A stretch of DNA of 36,527 nucleotides from NCBI RefSeq assembly GCF_001194135.2, contig NC_068988.1, positions 42,544,132 through 42,580,658 on the forward strand, read 5' to 3'. The notes under the pieces were generated by a model. The model did no database searches, had not been told where the DNA came from, and saw only the letters and a program-made list of their open reading frames with translations. The translations under genes and the position numbers were made by a program. The first letter of the stretch is position 1; each line of letters opens with the position of its first letter. Below are positions 20,826 to 32,253 of the stretch, piece by piece. Origin of the DNA: Octopus bimaculoides. Taxonomy: Eukaryota.

Positions 20826-21030
20826 TGTGTGTGTATTTGTACCCCCATCATCGCTTGGCAACCGATGTTGGTGTGCTTACGTTCCTGTAGCTTGGTGGTA
20901 CGTCAGAAGGACCGATAGAATAAGTGCTAGGCTTAAAAATAAGTCTTGGGGTCGAATTGTTCGACAAAACCACTTCAAGGCGGTGCACCAGCATGGCCAC
21001 AGTCAAATGACTGAAACAAGTAAAAAAAAT
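20593..21030 (+). mobile_element. SINE family A with internal (GT)n
   Basis: Head, central domain and tail all align to 25112-25660. Confidence 0.85.
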
Positions 21031-21231
21031 TTTTTTAATAAATAAAAAAATAAAATTTCGTTTTTGTATTTGGTTTGGAAGATTCTTGATGCGAATTCTT
21101 GTGTTATGTAGACAGACCTGAAGCTGACCTGGAGTAGAGAGGGTATGTCATAGAAGAGGTTATGAATGGCAACGAAAGGACTTTGGTAAATAAAATCTGT
21201 TTAATTTAGCTCAAAGAGTAAAGAAAAATTA

Positions 21232-22262
21232 ACAAAACAGTTTGAAAATTGGTATACTGGTGGAATTTCTCACGCAGAATACGGTTTACTTTGAACATTT
21301 TTGACAAAATTTCGTATTTTCGAAGTTATTTCGTGTTAAAGTTGCCGTATTTGGGTAATTTTAGCCAATCAACGACGTGTATTTAGTTGAAGAAAGCTAC
21401 TGCTGTTTGCGATAGTAATCGGAGAGGAACAACTTCCGGGTCATCTCTACTAAATGTCATCATTCTGTTCTATTTTACTTTTTGTTTACTACCTGTGTTG
21501 CATATTACACGCATTTTTATTTATTTTTTTTTATTCTCGCGTCGGAGTAACCAGTAAACATATAGAGCTGCTAGCTTTTTGTTGTTATCTCATTATAATC
21601 AACAACAAACACATTTCGTCAATATAAAAGTCTTTATTAGGTTAAAAATAACATTATGAAAACATAAAGATAAAACGAAACAAATATTCTTTGTTTTCTT
21701 CCAAGTACCTATGTGCTTCAGCCGTAGTCTTTCACGTTGTTCACCAACCGACCTTTCCTCTGAGAAAAATCAGTGGAGTCAGTCGATCTCCATACACAAA
21801 TTATTTTCCACCTGAAACTTATAAAAAAAGTATGCATATTAGGCGAACTTTTCTATAAGGCGCACTCTAAATCTTCCAGGTAAAAAATAGCGGCTTATAC
21901 ACCGGAAAATACGGTAATTGTAGTGGCAGTGATAAGTTCACTCGCCGGTTGCTAGTTGCAGGGAGGGAAAGAGTAAGAAATGCACGGTGTTGACTAGAAA
22001 GGAAGAAAGGGTAAATGTGACATCGTCTTCGCTCGACATACAAATAGAACAGAGTGGTGACATTTTGTAGAGATGACCCGGAAGTTGTTCTTCGATTACT
22101 ATCGCAAACAGCAATAGCTTTCTTCAACTGAATACACGTCGTTGATTGGCTAAACACTCAATAACTTCTGAAATACGAAATTTTGTCAAAAATGTTCAAA
22201 GTAAACCGTGTTCTGGGTGAGAAATTCCACCAGTAAACGGAGTTTCAAACAGTTTAGTTTTA
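21232..22262. mobile_element. Non-autonomous DNA transposon with about 240-bp terminal inverted repeats
   Basis: 21232-21474 is the reverse complement of 22044-22262 (tactggtggaatttctcac..ttccgggtcatctctac..ctgttctattt). No coding capacity; superfamily not assigned. Confidence 0.8.
21850..21916. mobile_element. Solo pogo/Tc1-mariner-like TIR fragment inside the long-TIR element
   Basis: gcggcttatacaccggaaaatacgg followed by TA, with a subterminal tataaggcgcac motif. The assignment rests on recalled TACCGTATTTTCCGG-type termini. Confidence 0.5.
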
Positions 22263-23526
22263 AAAAATTAATTTAAAAATCTGTCCGTCAAACTGAACAG
22301 ATCCGGTAAATACAACTGACTGATTGAGTAACCGAATAATTAATCAAACAATGGATTAATTAGAAGGTTAAATAGTTAATCAATAAAAGAATAATAAAGA
22401 AGTGAAACTGAACAAGCGCGTGTGTCTATTATTGATATATTATTGAGCCTTCTGAGATACATTATCAAAATAAGGTTTTCCTGACAATGCTCAGATCAAT
22501 ATTCAGTCTTGATAAATAAACAAATATTGTTTAAAACATGGTTGATCTTAAGAAATTTTTCCTACTGAAATTGCCGACAATATTTTCAGCCATAAACATT
22601 TGAAAATATTTCACAACGTTTTGAGTCAATTAATAAATTTAACAATCTCAAAGTTTCAGTTCGGGCTTTTCAAAATTTGTTTTATACACTGACGGTAAAG
22701 GTTACATTTATGTTGCAAAATCTTTATCGTAGTCAATAGGATATTGATGAGCTAACTCTTTCACTATCTTTTCTGACTTACTTTCAGACATTGTAGGTTA
22801 TTTTCACGAGATATGACAAATTTTATCTAACCGCTTAGAAGCATGACTGTGTACACTTAATCCTGCAAGAACATTTGTCAATGAAAATATAAAACACGAA
22901 TTTTTAAGGTGTTGTATCGTCGTAACAATCTTTTTCCTCTTTCGAGTCCCACCTCCACGTCCGTGGGAGAATATGACACCCATCTCAAAATCTGGAACCA
23001 TCTCCTTGGCTTCATTCCAGATGCATTTCCACAAAAGAATACACACGGGTGGAAATTTATAAAAAAAAAATCTTTGTCTCGCAACTTCATCAAATTTCAA
23101 GGCGATTTTTAAATTTAGATATTTCCTCATCCAATGTGGCATCTCTAGCTAGAATGCTATTTTCACACATAACTATATAGGCCAATACATTATTGCAAAT
23201 TGTCAACATTAACACACAAACAAAATGTTGGATATGCAAATACTCTGTCTCCTTCATTCCTTGTGTTGAATGCTAATAAGGTGAGATACAAAAGACTTGA
23301 TAGTTTGAATTCTGCCAGACACCTGGTCTGACATGCTGTGTACTGAACTAGCTATTCGGCTTTAAAGTGACTTCTGTTGTTTAGGACTCGAACTTAGCAA
23401 GTTATACATATTCTTATCAGTTCTAAAATACATTATGATTTCCGATATGCACTTTGTCACGCCGTTTGCCACGCACATATATTCTATTATTCTATTATCG
23501 GTTTCAGCCAGGGGCTACGGTGGATA

Positions 23527-23557
<31 letters not shown>

Positions 23558-23654
23558 CATACATACATACATACATACAAAAAACACATACATAAACAAA
23601 CATATACATATAATATACATATATGTATTTATTGATATGGAGGAACATACAGAA

Positions 23655-23870
23655 GACGGCGAGCTGGCAGAATCGTTGGCACGCCGGGCAAAATGCTTCG
23701 CAGCGTTTCGTCCGTGTTCACGTTCTGAGTTCAAATTCCGCTGAGGTCGATTTTTTTTCCTTTCATCCTTTTCGGGATCGATAAAAATAAGTGTCAGTTG
23801 AGTATTGGGATCTATGTAAGTGACTTATCTCCTCTGCCGAACTTGTCCTTGTGCCAAAGTTTGAAACTAA
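23655..23870 (+). mobile_element. SINE family B copy
   Basis: cggcgagctggcagaatcgttggcacgccggg..gttctgagttcaaattccgc. Confidence 0.85.
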
Positions 23871-24183
23871 TATATATGTACATACTTATATATATATATA
23901 TATTTTTTTTACATTTATCTGTGTAAGCTTGTATATGCGTTTGTGTATGCATACACGTGTGTGAGTATATGGCTATGTAAACTAGATGGACCTTAATTTC
24001 TTTTATTACAATATTCTTTCGGTTCTTATCTTAAAACACATCAATTATTCTGAAGGCTTTTGACACTTAATCCTCTTCCCTACATTGAACCTCTGCCCTT
24101 TCAGGCATGTTCCTCTTTCTCGTCTCATCTCTTCTACCTTTGATCCGGTGTCTCTCTCCCACCCTTCTTCTATATCTCTATAT

Positions 24184-24240
<57 letters not shown>

Positions 24241-24554
24241 TCTCTCTCTCTCTTTCTCACCCTCTCATTCTCTCTCTCCCTTCCAACCACGGAATAATTT
24301 ACGCGACTCTTTGACCAACGATCATTATTCTCTTCTTAAGCTAACAACTCCTTTGTGAAAAGTCTTCTAATGTATTAGATATAAGATAGGTTTATTATTT
24401 AAAACTTTACTGGTTATATAAGCATATGTGTGTAAAAGTATATGAGTATATTTTCCACAGGTTTTACTTATTTGAATTCTTCCTCTGAGGAAGGAGCTGG
24501 TTTTTAACGAAGATACGAAGCTCCATCGTTGGAATGTAGATAACAAAAACAATG

Positions 24555-25110
24555 TCACATTTTAAACTGGAGAGAAGTTTTGCATATTTTACTGTTCTAT
24601 TTACAGACTCTATTTGTAATGTGCGAATTGACTGATTTCTTTTTTTGAAAATTGTAGCTCTTCCAGATTGTCACTTAGGCATTTACTCATAAAACCCCGT
24701 GCACCAATTATTATTGACATAAGTGTGAAATTCTAATCTGGATATAGAAACTGGAGGTTTCGAAACAATTGTCACTAGTTATCTTCTTTCTAACTGATTT
24801 TTCGAAGAGATGTTCACATCAGCAGGACAGCTAATTTCAGTAATGGTACATACTTCATCTCTCTTTCAAACAATATCCGGCATGTTATGGTTGCACCTGA
24901 TATAAGTTTTGATGGCAATGTTCTACCAATATTCTTTATGTATGTATTCAATAACAGCAATGTTTTCCATATTTATCCCAACACATTCTTTTTTTGGATG
25001 GCATTGTATATTATTTTAGCGACAACATCGTGTTGCATTCTTACTGACATTTTTGGACAGCTGCTGATCACATGTGTGGTGTCTTCCGCAGAAACGTGAC
25101 ATAATCGTGA
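24555..25110 (-). mobile_element. RLE-type non-LTR retrotransposon (R4/NeSL-like) 3' fragment, cut by a SINE
   Basis: EDTTHVISSCP..QHDVVAKIIYN (CCHC-knuckle end), then HNMPDIV..CTITEISCPADVNI..K..K...L..LYP..IIIGA.G (PD-(D/E)xK endonuclease), ending TVKICKTFLQFKM*. Many stop codons. Confidence 0.8.
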
Positions 25111-25111
25111 C

Positions 25112-25287
25112 ATAGGCGCAGGAGTGGCTGTATGGTAAGTAGCTTGCTTAACAACCACATGGTTCCGGGTTCAGTGTGGCTCTGCGTGGCACCTTGGGCA
25201 AGTGTCTTCTACTATAGCCTCGGGCCGACCAAAGCCTTGTGAGTGGATTTGGTAGACGGACACTGAAAGAAGCCCGTCGTATATATG

Positions 25288-25358
<71 letters not shown>

Positions 25359-25660
25359 NNNNNNNNNNNNNNNNNNNNNNNNNNNNNNNNNNNNNNNNNN
25401 NNNNNNNNNNNNNNNNNNNNNNNNNNNNNNNNNNNNNNNNNNNNNNNNNNNNNNNNNNNNNNNNNNNNNNNNNNNNNNNNNNNNNNNNNNGACAACCAAT
25501 GCTGGTGTGTTTACGTCCCCGTAACTTAGCGGTTCGGCAAAAAGAGACCGATAGAATAAGTACTAGGCTTACAAAGAATAAGTCCTGGGGTCGATTTTCT
25601 CGACTAAAGGCGGTGCTCCAGTATGGCCGCAGTCAAATGACTGAAACAAGTAAAGAGTAA
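25112..25660 (+). mobile_element. SINE family A, young full-length copy; internal (TA)n spans a gap
   Basis: ataggcgcaggagtggctgtatggtaagtagcttgc.. through ..gcagtcaaatgactgaaacaagtaaagag. Confidence 0.9.
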
Positions 25661-25844
25661 TCTATATTTTCGGTTACATCTTGGGGCTATAAAGGTTCAC
25701 TATCTCTTTTGTTTATAAGGTATTTTGTAGCAATCTCCTACTCTTGGATTACAAACGCATAACCTTTGAAGTGTGTTGTGAGGTAGCGATCACAAGCTCG
25801 AGAAAGACTGCACTTCATGTCGATATTACTTTCATCTTCTAAGC

Positions 25845-26045
25845 TCAAGCAGGCGGAGTCATTAGCACGCAGGACAAAATGCTTAGCGGCATTTCTTCTG
25901 GATTTATGTTCTGAGTTCAAATTCTACCGAAGTTGACTTTGCCTTTCATCCTTTCGAGGTCATTAAAATAAGTATCTGTTGAGCACAAGGGTCAATGTAA
26001 TCGATTAGCTTGCTCCCACAAAAATTTCAGTCACCTTCGTGTCCT
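25845..26045 (+). mobile_element. SINE family B copy (diverged)
   Basis: attagcacgc..aaatgcttagcggcatttc..gttctgagttcaaattc..gactttgcctttcatcctttcg. Confidence 0.8.
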
Positions 26046-26405
26046 TGGGAAACATGCCTATGCATAGTCTTTCTTTGCTATGTTGAGCATTTCTCATCCA
26101 GATCTTCTTTGAGGTATGTTAATCCAGCTGATTGGGGCTTGTATTGTAGGTCATCAGGAAGAGAGTGCTTCATGGGAAGCTCACGACCAACACGTTAAAT
26201 ATTGTTCTCTTCGCTTTTCAGGTTTATGTATTTAATTTTGCAGGTGTTGTTTAACAGATGCTGTCTGAGAAAGGCTGTACATTTGAAAAATACACTGATC
26301 TCAAACCTCATCTTCCTCATCTATTCTGAGATAGAAACTCTCGATATCATTGTATGATTGTTATCACTGTTTTCTGCGGAAGTTTCCAGTAGACGTGTGT
26401 ATGTA

Positions 26406-26435
<30 letters not shown>

Positions 26436-26437
<2 letters not shown>

Positions 26438-26841
26438 CTCTTTATTTGTTTCAGTCATTTGACTGCGGCCATGCTGGTGCACCGCCTTTAGTCGAGCAAA
26501 TCGACCCCAGGACTTATTCTTTGTAAGCCTAGTACTTATTCTATCGGTCTCTTTTCCCGAACCGCTAAGTTACGGGGACGTAAACACGCCACCATCGGTA
26601 TTCGAGCGATGTTGGAGGTGAGACAAACACAGACGCACAAACACATACACACACACATACATATATACATATATACGACGGGCTTCTTTCAGTTTCCGTC
26701 TACCAAATCCACTCACAAGGCTTTGATCGACCCGAGACAATAGTAGAAGACACTTGCCCAAGGTGCCACGCAGTGGGACTGAACCCGGAACCATGTGGTT
26801 GGTAAGCAAGCTACTTACCATACAGCCACTCTTATGCCTAT
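26436..26841 (-). mobile_element. SINE family A, full length
   Basis: Near-identical to 4930-5325. Confidence 0.9.
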
Positions 26842-27722
26842 GTCGGTATTTATATTACAATATCGACTCTAGCAAAGTTAATTGTACACAAGACAAATGA
26901 AATGGGTTAATGGCTGTGTGTATGCATATATATATATGACCGTGTGAGCATGTGCGTGTGCATGTGTGGAATACTATGCGCATATGAATGTATGTGTGTG
27001 TCTGTCTGTATGTGTAAACGTATGTGTGTCTTTGTTTCTTTGCTCCGTATTTCTGTGTATGTGTATGTGTATGTATTGATACGATGCCTTGATCAATGCC
27101 ATTTGCAACAAAGAAACTTGGCAGTATAAAGGATTGTGAACATGTGTTGAGAAAAAAAAATTACACGGAAACAAGGAAGCGAGAGAGAAAAAAGCTGTGT
27201 GAAAAAAAACCTTAAAACTAAAGAAACTTTAAAAAAAAAGTATTAGTTTGAATATGGAGTTGCGTAAATGAAAGAGTTTCTATTAATAAATTGAATTGAT
27301 TTGAGAAGCCGGTTTTACGACCACATTTATTTCAAAAGAATTTCTATGTGTAGTTGAATAATAATTTANNNNNNNNNNNNNNNNNNNNNNNNNNNNNNNN
27401 NNNNNNNNNNNNNNNNNNNNNNNNNNNNNNNNNNNNNNNNNNNNNNNNNNNNNNNNNNNNNNNNNNNNNNNNNNNNNNNNNNNNNNNNNNNNNNNNNNNN
27501 NNNNNNNNNNNNNNNNNNNNNNNNNNNNNNNNNNNNNNNNNNNNNNNNNNNNNNNNNNNNNNNNNNNNNNNNNNNNNNNNNNNNNNNNNNNNNNNNNNNN
27601 NNNNNNNNNNNNNNNNNNNNNNNNNNNNNNNNNNNNNNNNNNNNNNNNNNNNNNNNNNNNNNNNNNNNNNNNNNNNNNNNNNNNNNNNNNNNNNNNNNNN
27701 NNNNNNNNNNNNNNNNNNNNNN

Positions 27723-27770
<48 letters not shown>

Positions 27771-27789
27771 GAGACAGACAGACAGGCAG

Positions 27790-28260
27790 AAATGCTTTCA
27801 GTGAATTTATTAAAAAGAGTGTGAGTCACTCAAGTGAATAGGTATACTCTTAGCATGAACCCGTATGCCGGTAAATCACAGCTGGGTAAAGTTAATTGCC
27901 CATGGTAGCCAGAGTAATCTTGGTCCTGTGGAGTTCCTTGATTAATCCAAGATGCCGACAATCTTCCCCGAGAGCTGTATCACATATCTATCCATTGTGT
28001 ATATTCCTTTTTATTATGCATCTTCTCTCACCCGATTGTTATGTAACACCCCACCAACCTTTCTCCATAATGTCCTCTTCATCTAACGTTTTCGTGGTAT
28101 ATAAATTAAAAACCATTCTTCTTCTAGGGCATCAGCGAACATACCTTGGGAGGGTCTGTCTTCCAACTCTTTACATTGTGAGTTTAAATCCTGTAGAGAC
28201 CAACTTTGCCCGTCATCCATTTTCACTATCAACAATCTTATGCGAGTCTGTACTATATCC
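27790..28260 (-). pseudogene. Highly degenerate retroviral-type (Ty3/Gypsy-like) integrase remnant
   Basis: Across frameshifts it reads IYHE...RGHYG (H-H zinc-binding part), then PWAINFTQL and TLFNKFTESI, resembling PW..I..DF and D.FSKF.EAI. Confidence 0.4.
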
Positions 28261-29072
28261 CAAGGTACATCCGTACTATATCCCTTTTTACTCCAGAAGT
28301 GTGTGCAACCTAGTCTTATAGGGAGGGATGCACACTCGTGCAACACTTTTAAGTTGTTGCTGAGTTTGATTTGGTGCTTGTAGTACTATTTCTGCGTTTC
28401 GCTGGTTTTGTACGAGTATATGTGATACGAACTGTTATTATTTTGTTTGATGATATTTATATTTCAAAAGTGTTTTGAGATTGGTGTTATGTATTTCAGT
28501 GTCGGACAGTAGTTGCATAGAACATGCGCTGTGTGGGTCGAGTGGTATAGATGGGCTGCAGATATCTCTGACTTTCTTCTCCACATCGTCTTTTCCGTTT
28601 GTTTGTCGACCGATGAATAAGAGACGGACCCGTCTCAGTCCCGTTATATGGAGAGGGAGTAGAAAACAAATGAAAAAAAAAACCTTGTAGAAGTTTTTTG
28701 TGAGATTACTTAAACTCCGATTTTAGTTTCAGTTAGATACTAAGTTCGTCTTCTCACGATGTGTATGTTGATCTCCCGTCAACCATTTTTTCTCTCTCAT
28801 GGAGATTTGCATGCCTTCTAACGTCCTGTTGCTCTTAAACATTGTTAACTGTTTTTGTCTTTCTCATTGAGATGGTCAAGTTTGCTAACGCTTAGTTGAA
28901 CATAACAAACGCTGTTAAATAAAATCTCACACTTCTTTCATATTTTCAACTCGAAGTAACAAGGGTTTCTTTTGCTGCCATCCACACTATCTTCGCTATT
29001 TACGACTACAGCTGTGTCAACTTCTAAAACACAGCTATTTGCGTGTCATACACACAAACACACATACTTTAG

Positions 29073-29290
29073 CCCTTTAGCATTCAGATTATTCTGTCAA
29101 ATGTAATACTTATTCATTCACATTGTTTTGAATTAACTATTCATTATCTTTTGGAGTTGAAATTTTCATGATATGCTTTTTTATTTTTAGTATGACATGG
29201 TAGTGTAGGTATGAAAGGTGAATATGGCCAGTCTGTACAAAAAACAAGTATAATATTGGACTGGATATGGTCAGTTTCAATGCTGACGTG
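29073..29290. mobile_element. piggyBac-like MITE
   Basis: Termini CCCTTTAGCATT / AATGCTGACGTG, flanked by TTAG and TTAA. Confidence 0.6.
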
Positions 29291-29354
29291 TTAAAAAGAA
29301 TACTCAATCTTTTGTTATGTAAATCTGCTGAACCGTTGCGTCCGATTATCACTC

Positions 29355-29740
29355 TGTAGTGACGTCATATGGCGCCAAAAAGGCATAGTCGCCATTACTC
29401 CATCTTTAACCACGCATGCGTGGATTTCAACGTCCAAGTGTTCCCGCTTAATTCTGTCTCTTACCACGCCAGACAGCGAACAAGCAAGACGTCTAAACAA
29501 ATTGCTCTCATTGAGTGTGGTTGAACCAAGTTGTCTCTCCAACGATTCAACTCTAGGGACAGTACATCTACATTCAGACGTCTCAGAAACCGGACAATTG
29601 GAGGCTGTCCATTTTTACCTCTTTAAATAAATATTGTTGTTGATCAGTTTGGAGTCCTGCGTTCCGTTCAATTCCTAATTTAATATAGGAAAGTCAGGTG
29701 TACATCTAATGATGTATAACCCACTTTCCTAAAGTGGTGA
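29355..29740 (+). mobile_element. LTR of family X followed by a PBS stub
   Basis: Begins TGTAGTGACGTCA, aligns along its length to 34492-34870, and ends cactttcctaaa followed by gTGGTGA. Confidence 0.75.
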
Positions 29741-31570
29741 AATATACCATTTCACAACACTCTTCCTTCGTTTGCTTGTCTATTCTTTCAACCACCACTT
29801 ATCTTTAAGACCGTTCTTTGTTTTTCATTGGCGACTTTCCACTAAGAACAATTACGCAGCCGATTAGAATGCCTTACATGCACAGAGCATGGATATTGTT
29901 GACATTTCAACGCCGAATGGTATGCAACTTTACGCTTAAAAATACATTTACTCCAGTCCGAAAATAGTGTGCAGCCTGATGCCTTTGCACTGACGGAGAC
30001 AACTTTTGCTGAACATCATGCAAAAACAATGAAAAGAAGTCTGTAGAGAAAACTTCACATGACCAGCACATGGTGTCCGGAGATACAACATAATACTCCC
30101 ACCGACTGCATGTCACACTTTTGAGCTTTGTAACTTCGCTACATGCTTTTTAAATTTTCTCTTCCAAGGCCTGTTTCTATTTAATTGCAACGGACTGTGT
30201 ATATGAACAGCTTGTCTTTCTTTTTCTGTTGCCTTCCTTGAAAGCACTTCTTTTTACTAAAAATTATTTTCCATATTGTTGAAAATGACTCATAAACTTA
30301 CCAAAAAGGAAAAAATAGACAATTTATTTGTAGCAATTTTTTTAAAACTTCATTGAGTCTAGCACTGATATTTTATTTCTTTTTAAGGTTAAATCTTAAT
30401 AGCACCAAGTAAACGTAATAGTACCAAGTATTTTTTTTTTTTTTCATAAAAAGTTTTGTCCTGCAAAGTATTGGGTTATTAGATAAATTCGTTGTTATTA
30501 TCATATCTATTGTTGTTGCTGTTGTTGTTGTTTACTTGTAAAACCATTGTCATGTCTGAAAAGAGGTAAAATGTATTTAAATTTACAAAAAGATAAACAA
30601 AAGTTGTAGTGAAAGGATTGACCAAAAAATAAAATAAAATAAAATAAACACGGCACTACGATAAAGATGTCTTTCTTCTTAATAGAAATAACATCGGGAA
30701 TTATTCAAACAGTGAAGGACAAACAAAACAAAACAAAAAAAAACACGAACGAATTTATCTGACAACCCACTTGTTCTTGTGGTAAAACCTTGTAAAACAG
30801 CTGTGTGCAAGCTTCCATAGTTTGTGCAATGCCTCGCTCGTGCATTGCAGATGAATACAATAGACATTGCTTTTATGTATAACTGTGTACACCTTTTCTT
30901 TACCCTTACAGACTAGCACCTTTTTCTTCTTGTTCATGGTATCGTTACATTTATTTTTGCACCAAGCTAATACTTACAGCTTTCTATTCAATTCAGCGCA
31001 TGTTTACATAATGTTTCCATTTACTACTTACATCTACATGCCATAATGCATACTCACTACATTGTTATCCAACAGTTTATTAAGTTTTACCATTCATGTT
31101 CGTATTTGCTTTCTTGAGATTCGCATTCCTTGCTGCAATGCATGCATACATTTATTTAACACCAAGTATACTCTTTAGTACCTGTGTCTACAGCGATTAT
31201 TTCTAGTTCTGTGTCAACCATAAACTTTTATCCCGGATATAGCTTCTCTTGAATACTGCACCAAGCAATTGTTCGTACTGCATTGCTTCATTTGTGCATT
31301 TATGAAATACTGGTTGCGTCTCATATCAGTTTGAAAGTGCGCAGTTCTTAATTATGAACTTCTGCAGAACTTACCTTGACCTGAATTGACCCCATCCGTC
31401 AAATTTTCCTAGCATTTCAAAACAGAATACACATTAGCCTTTCTTTGCATTGCTTTCTTTCAGCTATTAGAAACACATCCTGTATACAGCAACGCTCTGG
31501 CTACGAATAACAAAAGGATTTATTGTGACGCATGTATGTATGTGTGTGTGTTTGCGCGCGCGCGCATATG

Positions 31571-31608
<38 letters not shown>

Positions 31609-31662
31609 TTGTGTGTTTCTCTGTGTGTGTTTGTGTGTGTGTGTAGTGAAACTAACACCTCG

Positions 31663-31734
31663 ATCGCCATTACATACAAAACTACCTATCGCCATTAGAT
31701 ACAAAACTACTATCGCCATTACATACAAACTATC
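31663..31734 (+). repeat. Three tandem copies of a 24-25 bp unit atcgccatta(c/g)atacaaaactac
   Basis: Units start at 31663, 31688 and 31712. Confidence 0.9.
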
Positions 31735-32253
31735 TTCTCATTTAAATATAAACAAGCGCGGGCGTAGCGGAAAACACATTCCTTGTCATCACGTGACTGA
31801 TTATTATTCGAAGCGGCAACNNNNNNNNNNNNNNNNNNNNNNNNNNNNNNNNNNNNNNNNNNNNNNNNNNNNNNNNNNNNNNNNNNNNNNNNNNNNNNNN
31901 NNNNNNNNNNNNNNNNNNNNNNNNNNNNNNNNNNNNNNNNNNNNNNNNNNNNNNNNNNNNNNNNNNNNNNNNNNNNNNNNNNNNNNNNNNNNNNNNNNNN
32001 NNNNNNNNNNNNNNNNNNNNNNNNNNNNNNNNNNNNNNNNNNNNNNNNNNNNNNNNNNNNNNNNNNNNNNNNNNNNNNNNNNNNNNNNNNNNNNNNNNNN
32101 NNNNNNNNNNNNNNNNNNNNNNNNNNNNNNNNNNNNNNNNNNNNNNNNNNNNNNNNNNNNNNNNNNNNNNNNNNNNNNNNNNNNNNNNNNNNNNNNNNNN
32201 NNNNNNNNNNNNNNNNNNNNNNNNNNNNNNNNNNNNNNNNNNNNNNNNNNNNN

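Noticed and set aside
22804-23142. 112-aa ORF with a DFE motif as a MULE transposase or host exon
   Set aside because: Only a tripeptide matches; no supporting motifs or clear splice sites.
25112-25200. tRNA genes at SINE heads
   Set aside because: Only A/B-box-like remnants are present, with no complete cloverleaf, and they are fused to SINE bodies.
30679-30937. Possible integrase zinc-finger remnant
   Set aside because: It needs several frameshifts and the H/C spacing is not convincing.
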